Positions 29,604 through 42,395 of a stretch of DNA of 64,000 bases are shown here, piece after piece. The notes below the pieces were generated by a model that saw only the letters and a program-made list of their open reading frames with translations, had not been told where the DNA came from and searched no databases. Source of the stretch: Hamiltosporidium tvaerminnensis FI-OER-3-3 (taxonomy: Eukaryota; Fungi; Microsporidia); the NCBI GenBank assembly GCA_022605425.2, contig CM061253.1, positions 124,001 through 188,000 on the forward strand, in the 5' to 3' direction. Both the position numbers and the translations under genes were made by a program. Numbering within the stretch: the stretch's first letter is position 1; each line of letters starts with the position of its first letter.

Positions 29604-32600
29604 ATGCAACTTAAAGTAGAATATTTAAAAGAAATAAAAAACAGAATTATAGGTAATAAATTAGAGAAGATAAGATTATTTGAAGAGGGATTTATAACAA
29701 ACAATATTGAAAAATATAAAAATATGAAAGATTTAGAAATATTTAGTTTGTACAGTGAAATCTCATCGTTACTAACTACAATAAAAAATGATGAAATAAA
29801 CAAAACAATCAAAGAATTCAAAATTCATGAAATAATTTTTGAGAAAATTTATTTTATTTTAAAAAATTTTGATACTGAAAACAAAAAATATTTTTTGAAA
29901 CTGATTTCTGCATTTAGAATTATAATTGGTAATTTAATGCCACCAGTAAGTTTTTTAATGGTAAAAGTTTTAATAATAATTATTGAAAACAAAATTGAAT
30001 TCGATTTTGAATCTTCTTATCATAAAAATGAATTGTTTAGAATATTTGAAATAATTTCAGAAAATTTATCAATTTTAGGTATTTTTAAATCTAAAAAATT
30101 TATAAAAATTGTAAATCAATCAATTTTAGATAATTCATTTAATATTTTATATCTTTTACCATTCATTGAAAGAATAATTGATAAAGAAAATATTTTAACG
30201 ATAGATATGAATAATTTAGTAAATAGATTTTATAAATCGGATATTAGAGTTAAATTAAGAATTATTGAATGTTGTATTTATTGGCATTTAGTTTATGAAT
30301 CAATAAGAATTAAAGAAATGATGAGAAATAAAAGTTTAATTATAAATGAAGTTGATAATTTGTATGACAGAATAATGAACCTAAAAGATGAAGATTTAAA
30401 GGGATATATTTATTTTCAGAATTCTGTTTCTGATATCGAAAAAATTATTGAAAGTAAAAATTCTAATTTTTGTATTTCTATTAATAAACCAAATATTAAT
30501 AATTCAATAAATTCTAAGAATTTTTTTACTGAAGAATTTATTGAAGAAAATGATGGTTCGAATTTTTATGAAAAGATATTTTTTCAAGATATTGATTTTT
30601 CGATATCAAAAAAATTTGAAAATCAATTTTTCAATGTAAAAAATGATGATTTGACTGAATTAACTGATAATTTTGACTTGTTAGATTTTTCTGATCAAAT
30701 AGAAATGACAGAATCTTCTGTTCATCCAAAAGATTATAAACTTGATAAACCTATAATTGGAAGAAAAGGTTTAGAAAAATATTTTAAAATTCAAATGAAA
30801 GAAAAAAATACTGAAAAAACAAAAAAAAATTAGAAATGTTAAAAAAAATTTTAAATATGCTTTCTTCAATTCTGTTTATAGAAAGAGACAAATCTTTATT
30901 TTTACTTTCAAAATTGAGTCAAGAAAATGAAAACGTTCAAATGATTTGTGCTATTTTAAATTTTCCTGATCATTTAATTGATCTTTTTGTAGATATAAAT
31001 AGAAATAATGTAAGTTATGTAAGTGTTTTATATTCTATGTATGCCATTACATCTAAATGGGAAGAAAATAGAAGATCAATTTGTAAAAGTTTGGTGATTC
31101 CTACAATATTTGCAATTTTGAAAAATAAATTATCAGAAAAAAAATTTGATGAAACTTTTTTAGTAATTTTTTGTCTTTTAAAAAGTTTAACCCGAAGTGT
31201 CACATTTTTACGAACAGAATTACCGGAATATCGAATAATAGAAATTTGTTTAGAAACTCTTGAAAGCATTTACTTGGTAGATTTAAATAGAAAGAAAAAT
31301 TCAAGTCCTCGTAAAATGTATGAAATTATAGGACATGATAGTTGTCTCGATGGAATAAAAGGTAGATTTTTAGACAGTCAAGAAATTCTTAGTGTCAGTT
31401 CAACAACAATATCTAAAAAAGATAATTCTACTTTTTTTGGAAATATTAGTAATTCAAATTCGTCAAATCTTTCATTTTCTTCTTTAAATTCAGAATCTTT
31501 TGAAAATAAACTTACAATCAATGAATCATCAAATTCATTAAATTTACAGGAAAAGAATCACCTCTTAGAAATAAATACAAATTTTTCTGAAAATAAAAAC
31601 ACATTAGAAAGTCAAAACGGGAAATCAAATAAACAATTTTTAGATTCAAATGAATTAATTTCTATTGAAAGTGAAACTATTTCTAACGAAATACTAAGTG
31701 AAAAACCATTAGAAAGTGACAATTTAGTTGAAAATATTCTAGTGGCAATCAAAAAAGAAACTTTTTCTATTCTTTCAAATCTTTTATTAGAATTCGGAAA
31801 TTATAAAAACAAATTTATGGATAAAAACGGTTTAAAAATTGTTGTTCAAAAATCAGAAAATATCGAATTCAATTTATTTTTCCTTTTAAAAAACTTCCTT
31901 TACGAATCCAATTGGGATACAAAAACTTATTTTATAAAAAACACAGAACCAGATTTTTTTACAAAATATATAGGCGAGCCAACAGAAGATATTTACAAAA
32001 AAATAATTTCATGTTTTAAAAATGAAATTGAATTTGACAAATATTATATTAAATATCGTAAATTAGAAGATCCAGATATGATTTCACAAACCAATAATTA
32101 TTTAAACGATGATATTTCTTATATAGAAATTACAGGCCGTTCAAATTCATCTCGAAATAATGTATTTGAAAATTTAAATACATCAAAAGAAAAACCATTA
32201 AATTTTCAACAAAATATTCCAATTCAACTGAGTGTACCTGCAATGGAACAGTTAATGAATGTTTTAAGAAATCTTCTTTGTGGAACAAAAGAAGAGTTAA
32301 AATATATTTTTAGACGATTTAATTCACTTTTAAATTCTATTTTTTGTTACTTCAAAAAACTGACTTCACGTGTAAATCGATCTAATTTCCCAATAATTAC
32401 TCAAATTATTTATATTTTTGTCAATTTATCAGCCAACAATTTAAAATACAAAAAAATGATGCTTCACGATGAAATTATAGATGGAATCATCGAATTAACC
32501 AAATTTAAAAATAAAAAATTAGAATTAAGCATTCTCTGGTTAATAATCAATTTAAGTTGGAAAGAAGAAGAAGGAGTTAAAAACAGAATTAAAATATTAA

Positions 32601-32710
32601 AAATGAAAGGATTATTTAATTGGTTAAAGTTTTTAGAATACAACGATCCTGTTTTTACAGATAAAGTACAAACAGCCTTAGAAAATCTTAGTTTTTATGA
32701 ATCAAAATAA
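29604..32710 (+). CDS. ARMC8: Armadillo-repeat protein, ARMC8/Vid28(Gid5)-like; one gene split by a -1 frameshift at A9 (30821-30829)
   Basis: The C-terminal ORF has CLLKSLTRSVTFLRT, SILSNLLLEFG, EQLMNVLRNLLCG and LWLIINLSWKEEEG...DKVQTALENL, which I recognise as ARMC8-like motifs. One extra A joins 29604-30833 to 30836-32710 (…TKKK-LEMLKK…) giving ~1035 aa. The stop overlaps AATAAA. Confidence 0.75.
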
Positions 32711-33869
32711 AAAAAAACGAATTTTCATTAAAAAATATTTTTATTAATTATTTTTTAGTTAGAAATTAAGTAGACAAATTGGAGTTAAAATATTAGATTT
32801 AGCAATATATTGATAGTAAGAAACCCAAACAAGTTAAAATCTTTAAACTGAAAAACCCTTTGGATTTTTGTAAAAATATATTTAAATTACCATAAATAGT
32901 AAATTTTTATATTTTCTAAATATTTTAAAGAAATATTAAATTAAAATATTTTTAATTATTCTAATTCCTTCCTATCTGTAATAAATAGAATAAAAATTGT
33001 TTTTCTTCCTTCTATCAGAAGAAAACAAATGAATATTCATTTTTATATACGACAAGAACAGCCTACAAATATTTTTTAAAAAATTTCTAATACATATAAT
33101 AAGATTCACTCAATACATATATTCTTTACATGCTTGATTCATTAGAGATAAACAAGTAGAATAAAATCAGATTTTTATTTACTATCTTTAGAAATAACGA
33201 AAGTAACAAACAATATTAAAAACTTATATTAATAAAAAATTAATTACTTCTCGAGAAAAGAAATCTTTAAGATATCCTTCAAATTTCACAATCAGTAAGA
33301 TTCAATAGTTATTCATACTTTCAAGAAACAGAAAAAACTCATAAATATTACAATAAAATCGTTTTATATTTTCTATCTAAAACATTATTCATTCTTAAAT
33401 AAGCTAAAAAAATCAAAAAATAATTAAAAAATGATTATTACAAATATACAATGTAATCATTTATATATTTATTCTTAAGTCTTCCCAATTAGTAATATTA
33501 GCTTAATATTACCTTAATATATACTGTATTATTTAATTGTCAATTATATATTTTTATATCGCTTAATTAAATATAATTTAGATTATCATATATAATTATA
33601 AGTACTTAGATCTCAAGTCGTTTTTTAAAAAAATATTTTAGCAAATACTCAAAGTGTCTTCATCAAAATACAAATTAATTTTAATAATAACATATATAAA
33701 TATTTTAAATACTATTCAGATTAAAATATATGTAGAAGTATGAATTATCTTTTTTTATTATTTTGTTAAAATTTATATTTTAAGTCTTTTTTTAATCTTA
33801 AAAGCTCGGTCTTATTTATAAATAAAGTTTTATACTTATTTCATAGTATAAATTGGATAAAATGAGTAC

Positions 33870-34040
33870 CACGAGACATATAAGAATATATATAGATATA
33901 TATTAAGATATTTTAAGTCAAATAAAGACTTATTAAGATTGATAAGAATATATTAGGACAAATAAAGACATATCAAGATAGACAATAATATTATAAGATA
34001 GACGAGAATATCTAAAGATAGACAGGAATATATAAGAATA
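33870..34040. repeat. Degenerate ~20-bp tandem repeat (AGACRRGAATATATAAGAT-like)
   Basis: Consecutive units agacaataatattataagat / agacgagaatatctaaagat / agacaggaatatataagaat. Confidence 0.45.
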
Positions 34041-34199
34041 TATAATTTATCTTTTGCAAACAATATCTCTTTACAAAGAAATATTAAAAAAAGCTAAAAC
34101 TGTAATTTAAAATTAAAAATATTTCTTATGTTGCTATACAGAGATGCAAACAACGTAAAATTTATTATTTTAAACTTTTCAATAGAAATATGAAATTTA

Positions 34200-34281
34200 T
34201 ATAAGATTTTTCGATCAATATACTTCCTTGGAATCAATATCATAATCCTTGCAATCAATATCATAATTTTTCAATCAATAT
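34200..34281 (+). mobile_element. Orphan left-type TIR of the Tc1/IS630-like transposon family
   Basis: TATAAGATTTTTCGATCAATAT... followed by about 3.5 copies of the 21-bp unit AATCAATATCATAATCCTTGC, matching the TIR at 42396. Truncated by the 3' end of LINE copy 2. Confidence 0.7.
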
Positions 34282-37200
34282 TTAATAAAATTCTGGGTAA
34301 AAATATTTTTTACAACTTTACTATATTTTATTTCACCTCTTTTACCACTATTGTCTCTTCTTCCAAATCCGACTCTTCATTTATGTTATTGGTCGGTTCC
34401 TCTAAAGTGGTTCCTCCTTGTGAAATAAAAGGTGCTTTATTTTTTGGTTTAAAATTTTTTGCACCATCTTCCTATCTCTTCTCTTCTCTTAAAGGGGGTA
34501 TTGGTTCCTCATGCATCTCTGCTCTCATAATAACACCCATTGACGCTCTCTCCGCTCTCTTCGGCATTTAGTCCTGACTCAAGTCCTCTTCGTCGAACAA
34601 AGGAAATTGTTTCGACTGTTTTCTTAAGTACTATAGACTGAATGTATGCCTCTACATTCATGGGTATTTCTAGTCTTTTAAGATGAGATTTATGGTATTT
34701 TGTCTCAATACCGTCCCAGGTCATCACATAAGGGATTATCTCAACACTACACTTATAAATAAGACCTAACTCATTGGCTAGCAAGTCATACTTCCTGAGT
34801 TTTTCAGTTTCAACTATTTGAAGTGAATCTTAGGAAGTGATTCCTACTTCAATGAGTGTTATCTTATTCTTCTTCTTATCTAAAATAAATATGTCCGGTC
34901 TGTTATTCCGAATTTTAACATCAGTTTTAATTCTGGTGTCCACTATTATCTCTGCATACTCATTATCAAGAATTTCTTGAATTGAGTGACTCCTAATTTG
35001 TTTTGAAGACTTAAACTTATATCTATTTAGAAGAAGTAGGTGTAGGCATCTAACCACTTCATTATGCCGTCTAGTGTAATCATGGCCTAGCATTTTTTCA
35101 CATCTAGTTGCTAGATGATCTACAGTCTTACCAGACTTCCCGCAATGTTGACACAAACCATCTGCTCCCCAGAATACATTTCTATCCTGGATATAGCAAA
35201 ACACAGCTTCATTGCGTGGCCTAATATTTCCTCTCTTTAGCCATCTTGAAGAGTCACTAACACTTACAAGCTCATTTTTCCTTGCATTATATAACTTTGA
35301 ATCGAGTTTTCGTTTTTCTATTTCGTTATATAGTTTTGAAAGTTGAGCTTCTTATAAACTTTTCTTAGTGACTTCTTCTACCAACCTGTACTTTACTTTT
35401 CAGAAGCCTTTTATTAGTGCAAGATGGGTTTTATTATTATTCTCCACCTTGAAGATTGCTGCTCGTCAAGTTGATATTTATTTACTTTTTTACAGACAAT
35501 CCAAGAGTTGCAGAAGCACATGTTCGCTTCGCAACTCAACACTATGCAGGCTTCTTTTAAGTTCTGCTTTAGGAAGGTACAAACGCTCTTTACATCCCGA
35601 GCGAAGATGTATTTTATTCTTCACTAAAACCACACGCAATACATCATCTAACTTAGAGAAGTCAGCCGGTTCAAGTCGAAGTACTCCTATGTGGTAGTTG
35701 ATTAACGATATCGCATGTTGATTGATTGCAGAAAATAAATTTTTTGCATTTAATCTAGTCTGACAAAGTCTTTCAACTCTTGATATAAGTTTGCTCTGTA
35801 CTTCTTCAAATGAGCTACGTGTTGGGATTCCTCTGCTATCTTCTATTATTCCTAAATATTTGTAAACACTAACACCTTCTAGAAGAGTAGCAGTATCTTC
35901 ACAACACGTATCATTTGTGGCTGAATTCTCTTTGTTAATCTCAAAGCCAATCACCTCTAAAAATTCCTTTGCCTCGCCTGTCATAGCACTCAATGTGGAG
36001 CTGTCTTTTGCAAGGAGCTTAAGATCATCAATAAACAAGAGATGATTAGTAGAATGGGATTCTGTATCTGTTTGTACTGTCACTTTTGTGTATTTTTCAT
36101 TAAGCTTTTGGCTTAATTGATCCATACACAACACAAATAACAAAGGTGACAAACTATCTCCTTGTAGAATCCCTCTTTCAATCTTCTTGCTCATGATTTT
36201 TTCAGGCCCTACTGATATATCAATTTTCCATTTTGATATAATTACCTTAATAAATTTCAGGATCCAATCAGGTAAATTAAGGTTTTCTATGCATTGAGTT
36301 AAATAAGCATGATCTATTGAATCATAAGCTTTTTTAACATCAATCCATGTTGCCTTAAGATTATTTGCATACTCTTTATTTAAGGCAATATTCAGTAGAG
36401 CCTGCTCTTTCGCTCCCTGCACACCTCTTACCGCCCCTAGTTGGTTCTCTGCAAGCAACCCTCGCCTTTCCACTTCAAGTTGAACGACTTTCGTTACACA
36501 CTTTGTCGTTAACTTATAGAGGTTGGACATACAAGTGATTGGCCTGTAGTCAGAGCCTCTTCGTGGAATTCCTTTCGGTATCAAATACAGAATCCCGCTG
36601 TAAAACCATTCAGCTTGAGGTGTTCCTTCTAAACATATAACTTTCACAATATCATAAATATATTTGTAAGAATTGTAAGTTTCTTAATAAAAAAATTGTA
36701 AATACCATCAATTCAAGCAGCTTTCCAATTAGGGAGCCAATTAATGATATTTACAAATTCATCAAGTGAACGAAACGTGGTCGGATGATTATATGATACA
36801 AATGGAATCAAATAATCATCATACGTGACTGTGTCATCATTTTTGTTCCACATTGTAGACCAAAAACTCACAATTTAATCACGACTAACCACATGCTCAG
36901 ATTTCACACGCTCAGATAACCCACGATAAAATCGACCTCGGAAAAGCTCAAACATACGATTCTCTTTTCGGAATTGCTTCCTAATTTCATGCATCGTAAT
37001 TTTTTTCTCGTAAACATTCAAAGACTCATTCTTCTTAACTAAAGCCTCAGAAAGATCAGTTACACTGCTCAAGTTTAAATTAAATTCTCGCATGATTTTC
37101 TAAGGCTCTTCGTTTCAGAAGTGGAGAGCTTTTTCTGCTTACAAGCCTTCTCGAGAAGATCTTTGGAAAGTACTAACTTAGAAATTTTACTTTCTATGTT

Positions 37201-38071
37201 TTCCTTCCAAGCGGATCTAGGCTTTTTCTTGCGTGTTGCCTCGTCATAGCATACCTGCGCAGCTTGCATGATATACGCGGCTTCCGTAATTGACTCAGGT
37301 ACATGACCTCCTGCATATTCACCGACTACTCGATTAATGAGATCAGAACTTTACTATCAACCAATTCATTTGGATGTTTTCATGTTCGGACCACCACTTT
37401 TCCAATTTCCTTACTCGAGATTACTTTGATTTTACTCAAGAATTTATCTCTTATGTTTATGTACTCCGTGGTGTCGGTCAGGGTACATGTATCAGTGAGA
37501 CGAGTGGCGATTCTACGTCGCTCTCCATTCTCTTCTGATTTTATTTTCTTTCCCATCTCACTTTGTGCCAATTTTTTTAACACTTCGAGAGTTCAGTGGA
37601 GCCGAATTTCTCATTATAGTACCTGTGAAGCTCTGTCCAGCCATTTCTTGGCATTCTTTGAAACCTTGTCTGTACTGCAAAAAAAACAATTCGAGGCCAT
37701 TCCTTCAATGCTGTTACGGAATCGAATATCGTCCGCAATGCCATTAGCCTGTTACCTTCCGAAATAGCTAGAGCACAGGGGCTTGTCATGTCGTACGATG
37801 GCTCGCACGCAGAGACTTCAACCGAAGAGGGAACTGGTGCATTAGGCGAAGGTAAGGTGTCAAGCCCACTATTTTGCATTTCACTGCATGTTTGGCTTGG
37901 TGGTGGAGGTGTTATTGTTGTGTAGGAGGAGGAAGGTAGGGAAATCGCCGGTGGGTGTAGCTTTCATTTTTGTACCTCACTATCACTCTTCTTCACCTCA
38001 TCAGCGTCGTTTGCAGCCTTTATTTTGGAATTTTTCGATATTTCGCTGCTAACATTTTTCTTTCTACCCAT
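34279..38071 (-). mobile_element. Non-LTR retrotransposon, R4/Dong-like, frameshifted copy 2
   Basis: 385-aa RT fragment (35490-36647: YRPITC, WIDVKKAYDS, QGDSLSP, FIDD, YKYLG, KERLYLP) and CCHC/RLE fragments (34509-35204). ATG at 38071 (MGRKKNVSSE). 3' end ACCCAGAATTTTATTAAAT. Confidence 0.9.
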
Positions 38072-38263
38072 TTTCTTTTTTTAATTTAATAAAAAAAATT
38101 ATTTTTTTATATTTTAAGTATCAAGAGATATGAATGGGTCCTATCGAAAATGTAAATACTACAAAGCAAATTAATGGAGATATTTCAGATTTTTAATATT
38201 TAAAAAGTATATTGTTTGTATCAGATATTATTTCTAAATCATGTTTTTCTTTTTAAAAAAAAA

Positions 38264-41200
38264 ATGGGTAGAAGAAAAAAAGTTGACAGCGAAAATATAA
38301 AAAATGAAGAAATAAAGGTTGTAAACAACTCGAAAATTAGTTTAAAAGAGACAAAAACGTGTGATAGAGATGTATTAACTATATCCGAGACGGTTCCACC
38401 AAAAACAGATCATCTATAATAACACCCACTCCCCATCGAGCAATACGCTTCAGGTTACTTCAATCAGCCTGCTCGATTCCGAAATCCCTTCTTATTGTCC
38501 CGATTCGTCTGCGGGTAGACCAGCCAAAACAATGGAAAACCTCAATGCACCTGCCATTCCAGAAGGAAATCGACTGATGGTATTGCATTCAATACTTGAC
38601 TCTGTCACAGCCGTAGAGCAGGAATGGCCAAGAACTGCTATGTCAGCAGTGCAAAAAAGGTTTGAGAGAATGCCTAGAAATGGCTGGTCTGCAATTCTTA
38701 GTTACTATAATGGGAAATTTGGTCGAACTGTTGATATCGATTTGTTAAAAAAATTAACACATAATGAGGCAGAAAAGGAAATAAGGCAAGAAGAGAATGA
38801 AGAGCGACGTAGAATCGCCACCTTTCTCGCCGATCCCTGTTCCTTAACTGACACTACACTCTATATGAACCTGAGAGAAAAGTTCTTGTGTAAAACCAAG
38901 GAACTCTCTGCGAAGGAAATCGGAGATGTAGTGGTTCGAACTAGAAAACTTTCAAGTGAATTGGTTAATAGTAAAGTTTTAAAACTCCTAAATCGGATCA
39001 CAGGTGAATATGCTGAATTTCATGTGCCTAAGAATGTTAGTGATGCAGCTCGAATCATCCAGGCGGCCCAGGTATGCTATGACGAGGAAACGCGTAAGGA
39101 GAAGCCCAGATCTGCTTGGAAGGAAAACATAGAAAGTAAAATTTCTAAGTTAGTACTTTCCAAAGATCTCCTCGAGAAGGCTCGTAAACTGGAAAAGCTC
39201 TCTACTTCGATAACGAAAAGTCTCAGAAAAATTATGCGAGAGTTTAATCTAGACTTAAGCAAAATAAATGATCTCTCTGAGGCTTTGGTTAAGAAGAATG
39301 AGCCTTTGAATGTTTATGAGTAAAAAATTACGATTTATGAAAGTAAGAAGCAATTTCGAAAAGAGAATCGTATGTTTGAGTTATTCCGAAGTCGATTCTA
39401 CCGAAGGCTATCTGAGCACGTTGAATCTGAGCATGTGGTTCATCGTCACGAAATTTCAGAATTTTGGTCTACAATGTGGAACAAAAATAATAAAGTAGTT
39501 ACATAAGATGAGTATTTGATACCTTTCGTGTCAGATACGCAACAGACCACGTTTCCTTCATTTGAAGAGTTTATAGATATTATCAATTGGCTGCATAATT
39601 GGAAAGCCGCTGGAATTGATGGTATTTATAACTTTTACATCAAGAAACTTACGAGCCTTCATAAATATCTTTACGATATTATGAAAGCCATATGTTTAGA
39701 AGGAACGCCTCAAGCCGATTGGTATTATTGCGGAGTTACTTATCTTATACCTAAAGGTACACCAAAGACGGCTCAGATTACAGGTCAATAACTTGTATGT
39801 CAAATCTGTATAAACTGACTACAAAATGCGTTACTAAAGCGGTTCAGGTTGAGGTGGAAAGACGAGGATTACTTTAAGATAATCCGTTGGGAGCGGTTAG
39901 AGGAGAGAAAGGAGCAAAAGAAAAGGCCATAATGAATGTTGCAATTAATAAGGAATACGGAAACAATCTTAAGGCTACATGAATTGATGTCAAAAAAGCT
40001 TATGATTCAATAGATAAAGCTTATTTGACACAAGTCATCGAAAACCTTAATTTACCTGATTGGATCCTGAAATTTTTTAAGCTACTTATTTCAAAATGAT
40101 AAACTGATATTTCAGTAAGGCCTGAAAAATCATGAGCAAGAAGATTGATAGAGGGATTCTGCAAAGAGATAGTTTGTCACCATTATTGTTTGTGTTGTGT
40201 ATGGATCCATTGAGCCGAAAGCTTAATGAGAAATACACAAAGTGACAATAAAGACAGATGCAGAATCCTACGCGACTAATCATCGCTTATTCATTGAGGA
40301 TCTTAAGCTCCTTGCCGAAGATGGACAAACATTGCAAGAAATGACGGAAGAGGTTATAAAGTTTATGAATAATATAGGATTTGAAATTAACAAAGAGAAG
40401 TTAGCCACAACTGATCCATGTTGTGAAGATACTGCTACTCTTCTTAAAGGAATAGGTGTTTATAAATACCTTGGAATGTTAGAAGATAGCAGAGGAATTC
40501 CAAAAAGTAAGTCGTTTGAGAAAGTACAGACTAAACTTATAGCACGAGTTGAAAGATTTTTTCGCACGAGATTAAATGCAAGAAATTTATTTTGAGCCAT
40601 TAATCAACATGCAATTTCTTTACTAAACTATCATATAGGTGTACTCCGACTTGAACCGGCTGACTTCTCTAAGTTAGATGATGCGGTGCGGGCAGTGTTA
40701 GTAAAGAACAAAATATATCTACGCCCAGGATGCAAAGAACGTCTATACATTCCACGTAAAGAGATTGGAAGAGGTTTACATAGTGTCGAGTTCAAAAGCG
40801 AACATATGCTTTTGCAACTCTTGGATTGTCTGGAAAAACATAAAGATACATCGACCAGAAGAGCAGCAATCCTAAAGGTTGAGAATAATAATAAAACCCA
40901 CCTTTCACTAATTAAAAACTTTTTAAAAATAAAATACGGGTTGGAAGAGGAAGTCACAAAAAAGAAATTGGAAGAAGCTCAACTAGCTAACCTATATAAC
41001 GAAATCAAAAACCGAAAACTACATTCAAAGTTATATAGCGCTAGAAATAACGAGCTGGTAAGTGTAAATGACTCCTCAAGATGGTTAAAGAAAGGAAGTG
41101 TAAGACCACGTGATGAAGCAGTGTTCTATTACATCCAGGATAGAAATTTATTCTGGGGGGGGCAGAAGGTATGTGTCAACACTGCAACCAGTCTAGGAAA

Positions 41201-42052
41201 ACAGTAGATCACTTGGCAACGAGACGTGAAAAAATGCTTGGTCATGACTATACTAGACGACATAATGAAGTGGTACGATGTATACATTTACTCTTGCTGA
41301 ATAAATCTAAGTTTAAGTCTTTGAAACGAATTAGAAGCCACTCGGTTCAAGAAATTCTTGATAACGAATATGCAGAGATAAGAGTGGAAACCAGAATAAA
41401 AACTGATGTCAAGATTCGGTGTAACAGACCAGATATATTTATTTTAGACAAGAGACAGAATAGTATAACCCTCATTGAAGTAGGAATCACATCCCAAGAC
41501 TCTCTTCAAATAGTTGAAACAGAGAAGCTTAGGAAGTATGACCTATATAGCAAATGAGTTAGGTCTTATTTAAAAATGCAGTGTAGATATAATTCCTTAT
41601 GCGATGGCCTGGGATGGTATTGTGACAAAATACCATAAGACGTATGTTAAGAGACTACAAATACCCATGAATATAGAGGCATCTATACGATCCATATTAC
41701 TCAAGAAGACTGTCCAAACAATTTCTTTTGATCGACAAAGAGGACTTGAGTCTGGACTAAATGCCGAGGAGAGCTGGGAGAGAGCATCATTAAGTGTTAT
41801 TTTAGGAGCTGAGATACATAAACAACCAATACCCCCTTTAAAGCAAGTAGACAACGAGGAAGATGATGTTAAAACGGAAAATACAAAAAATATTTTACCC
41901 CTTATTTTGGATGGTATAACCACAGCAAAGGAACCAACAACTAATACAAATGAAGAGTTGGAGTTGGAGGAAGAAATAGAAGTGGTTGAAATGGTGGAAA
42001 GAATTATTTAGAAAAGAGAAAAATTTGTTAACCCAGAATTTTATTAAATAAA
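38264..42052 (+). mobile_element. Non-LTR retrotransposon, R4/Dong-like, frameshifted copy 3 (more divergent subfamily)
   Basis: MGRRKKVDSE start; WKAAGIDG, YKYLG, KERLYIPRKEIGRGL, CQHC..DHLAT, RHNEVV and RPDIFI..IEVGIT fragments with many stops. 3' end AACCCAGAATTTTATTAAATAAA. Confidence 0.9.
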
Positions 42053-42395
42053 TATATTTCATTTTTAAAATATTTAAATTTATTGTATTCAGGATAGTGA
42101 ATTCTTTGAATACGATTTTCGATATTTTTAGGTAAAATCTATAACCTTTCCATTTAATTTAATTTTTTTATACATTTAATATAAAGTTCTATATTATCAG
42201 TAAATATTTGTAAGAAAAAAATGCGAAAAAAAAACATTTTAAATTTATTTATACATTTATTTAAAATTTTTGTTTTAAAATATAAATTTGAAAATAAAAG
42301 ATTTTTAAGGTATTTATTATTTTCTAAAATCGGAAAATTTAATAGTCTAAAAAATTGAGGCAAAGTTAAATTTATGTAGTTCCCATTCCAGAATA

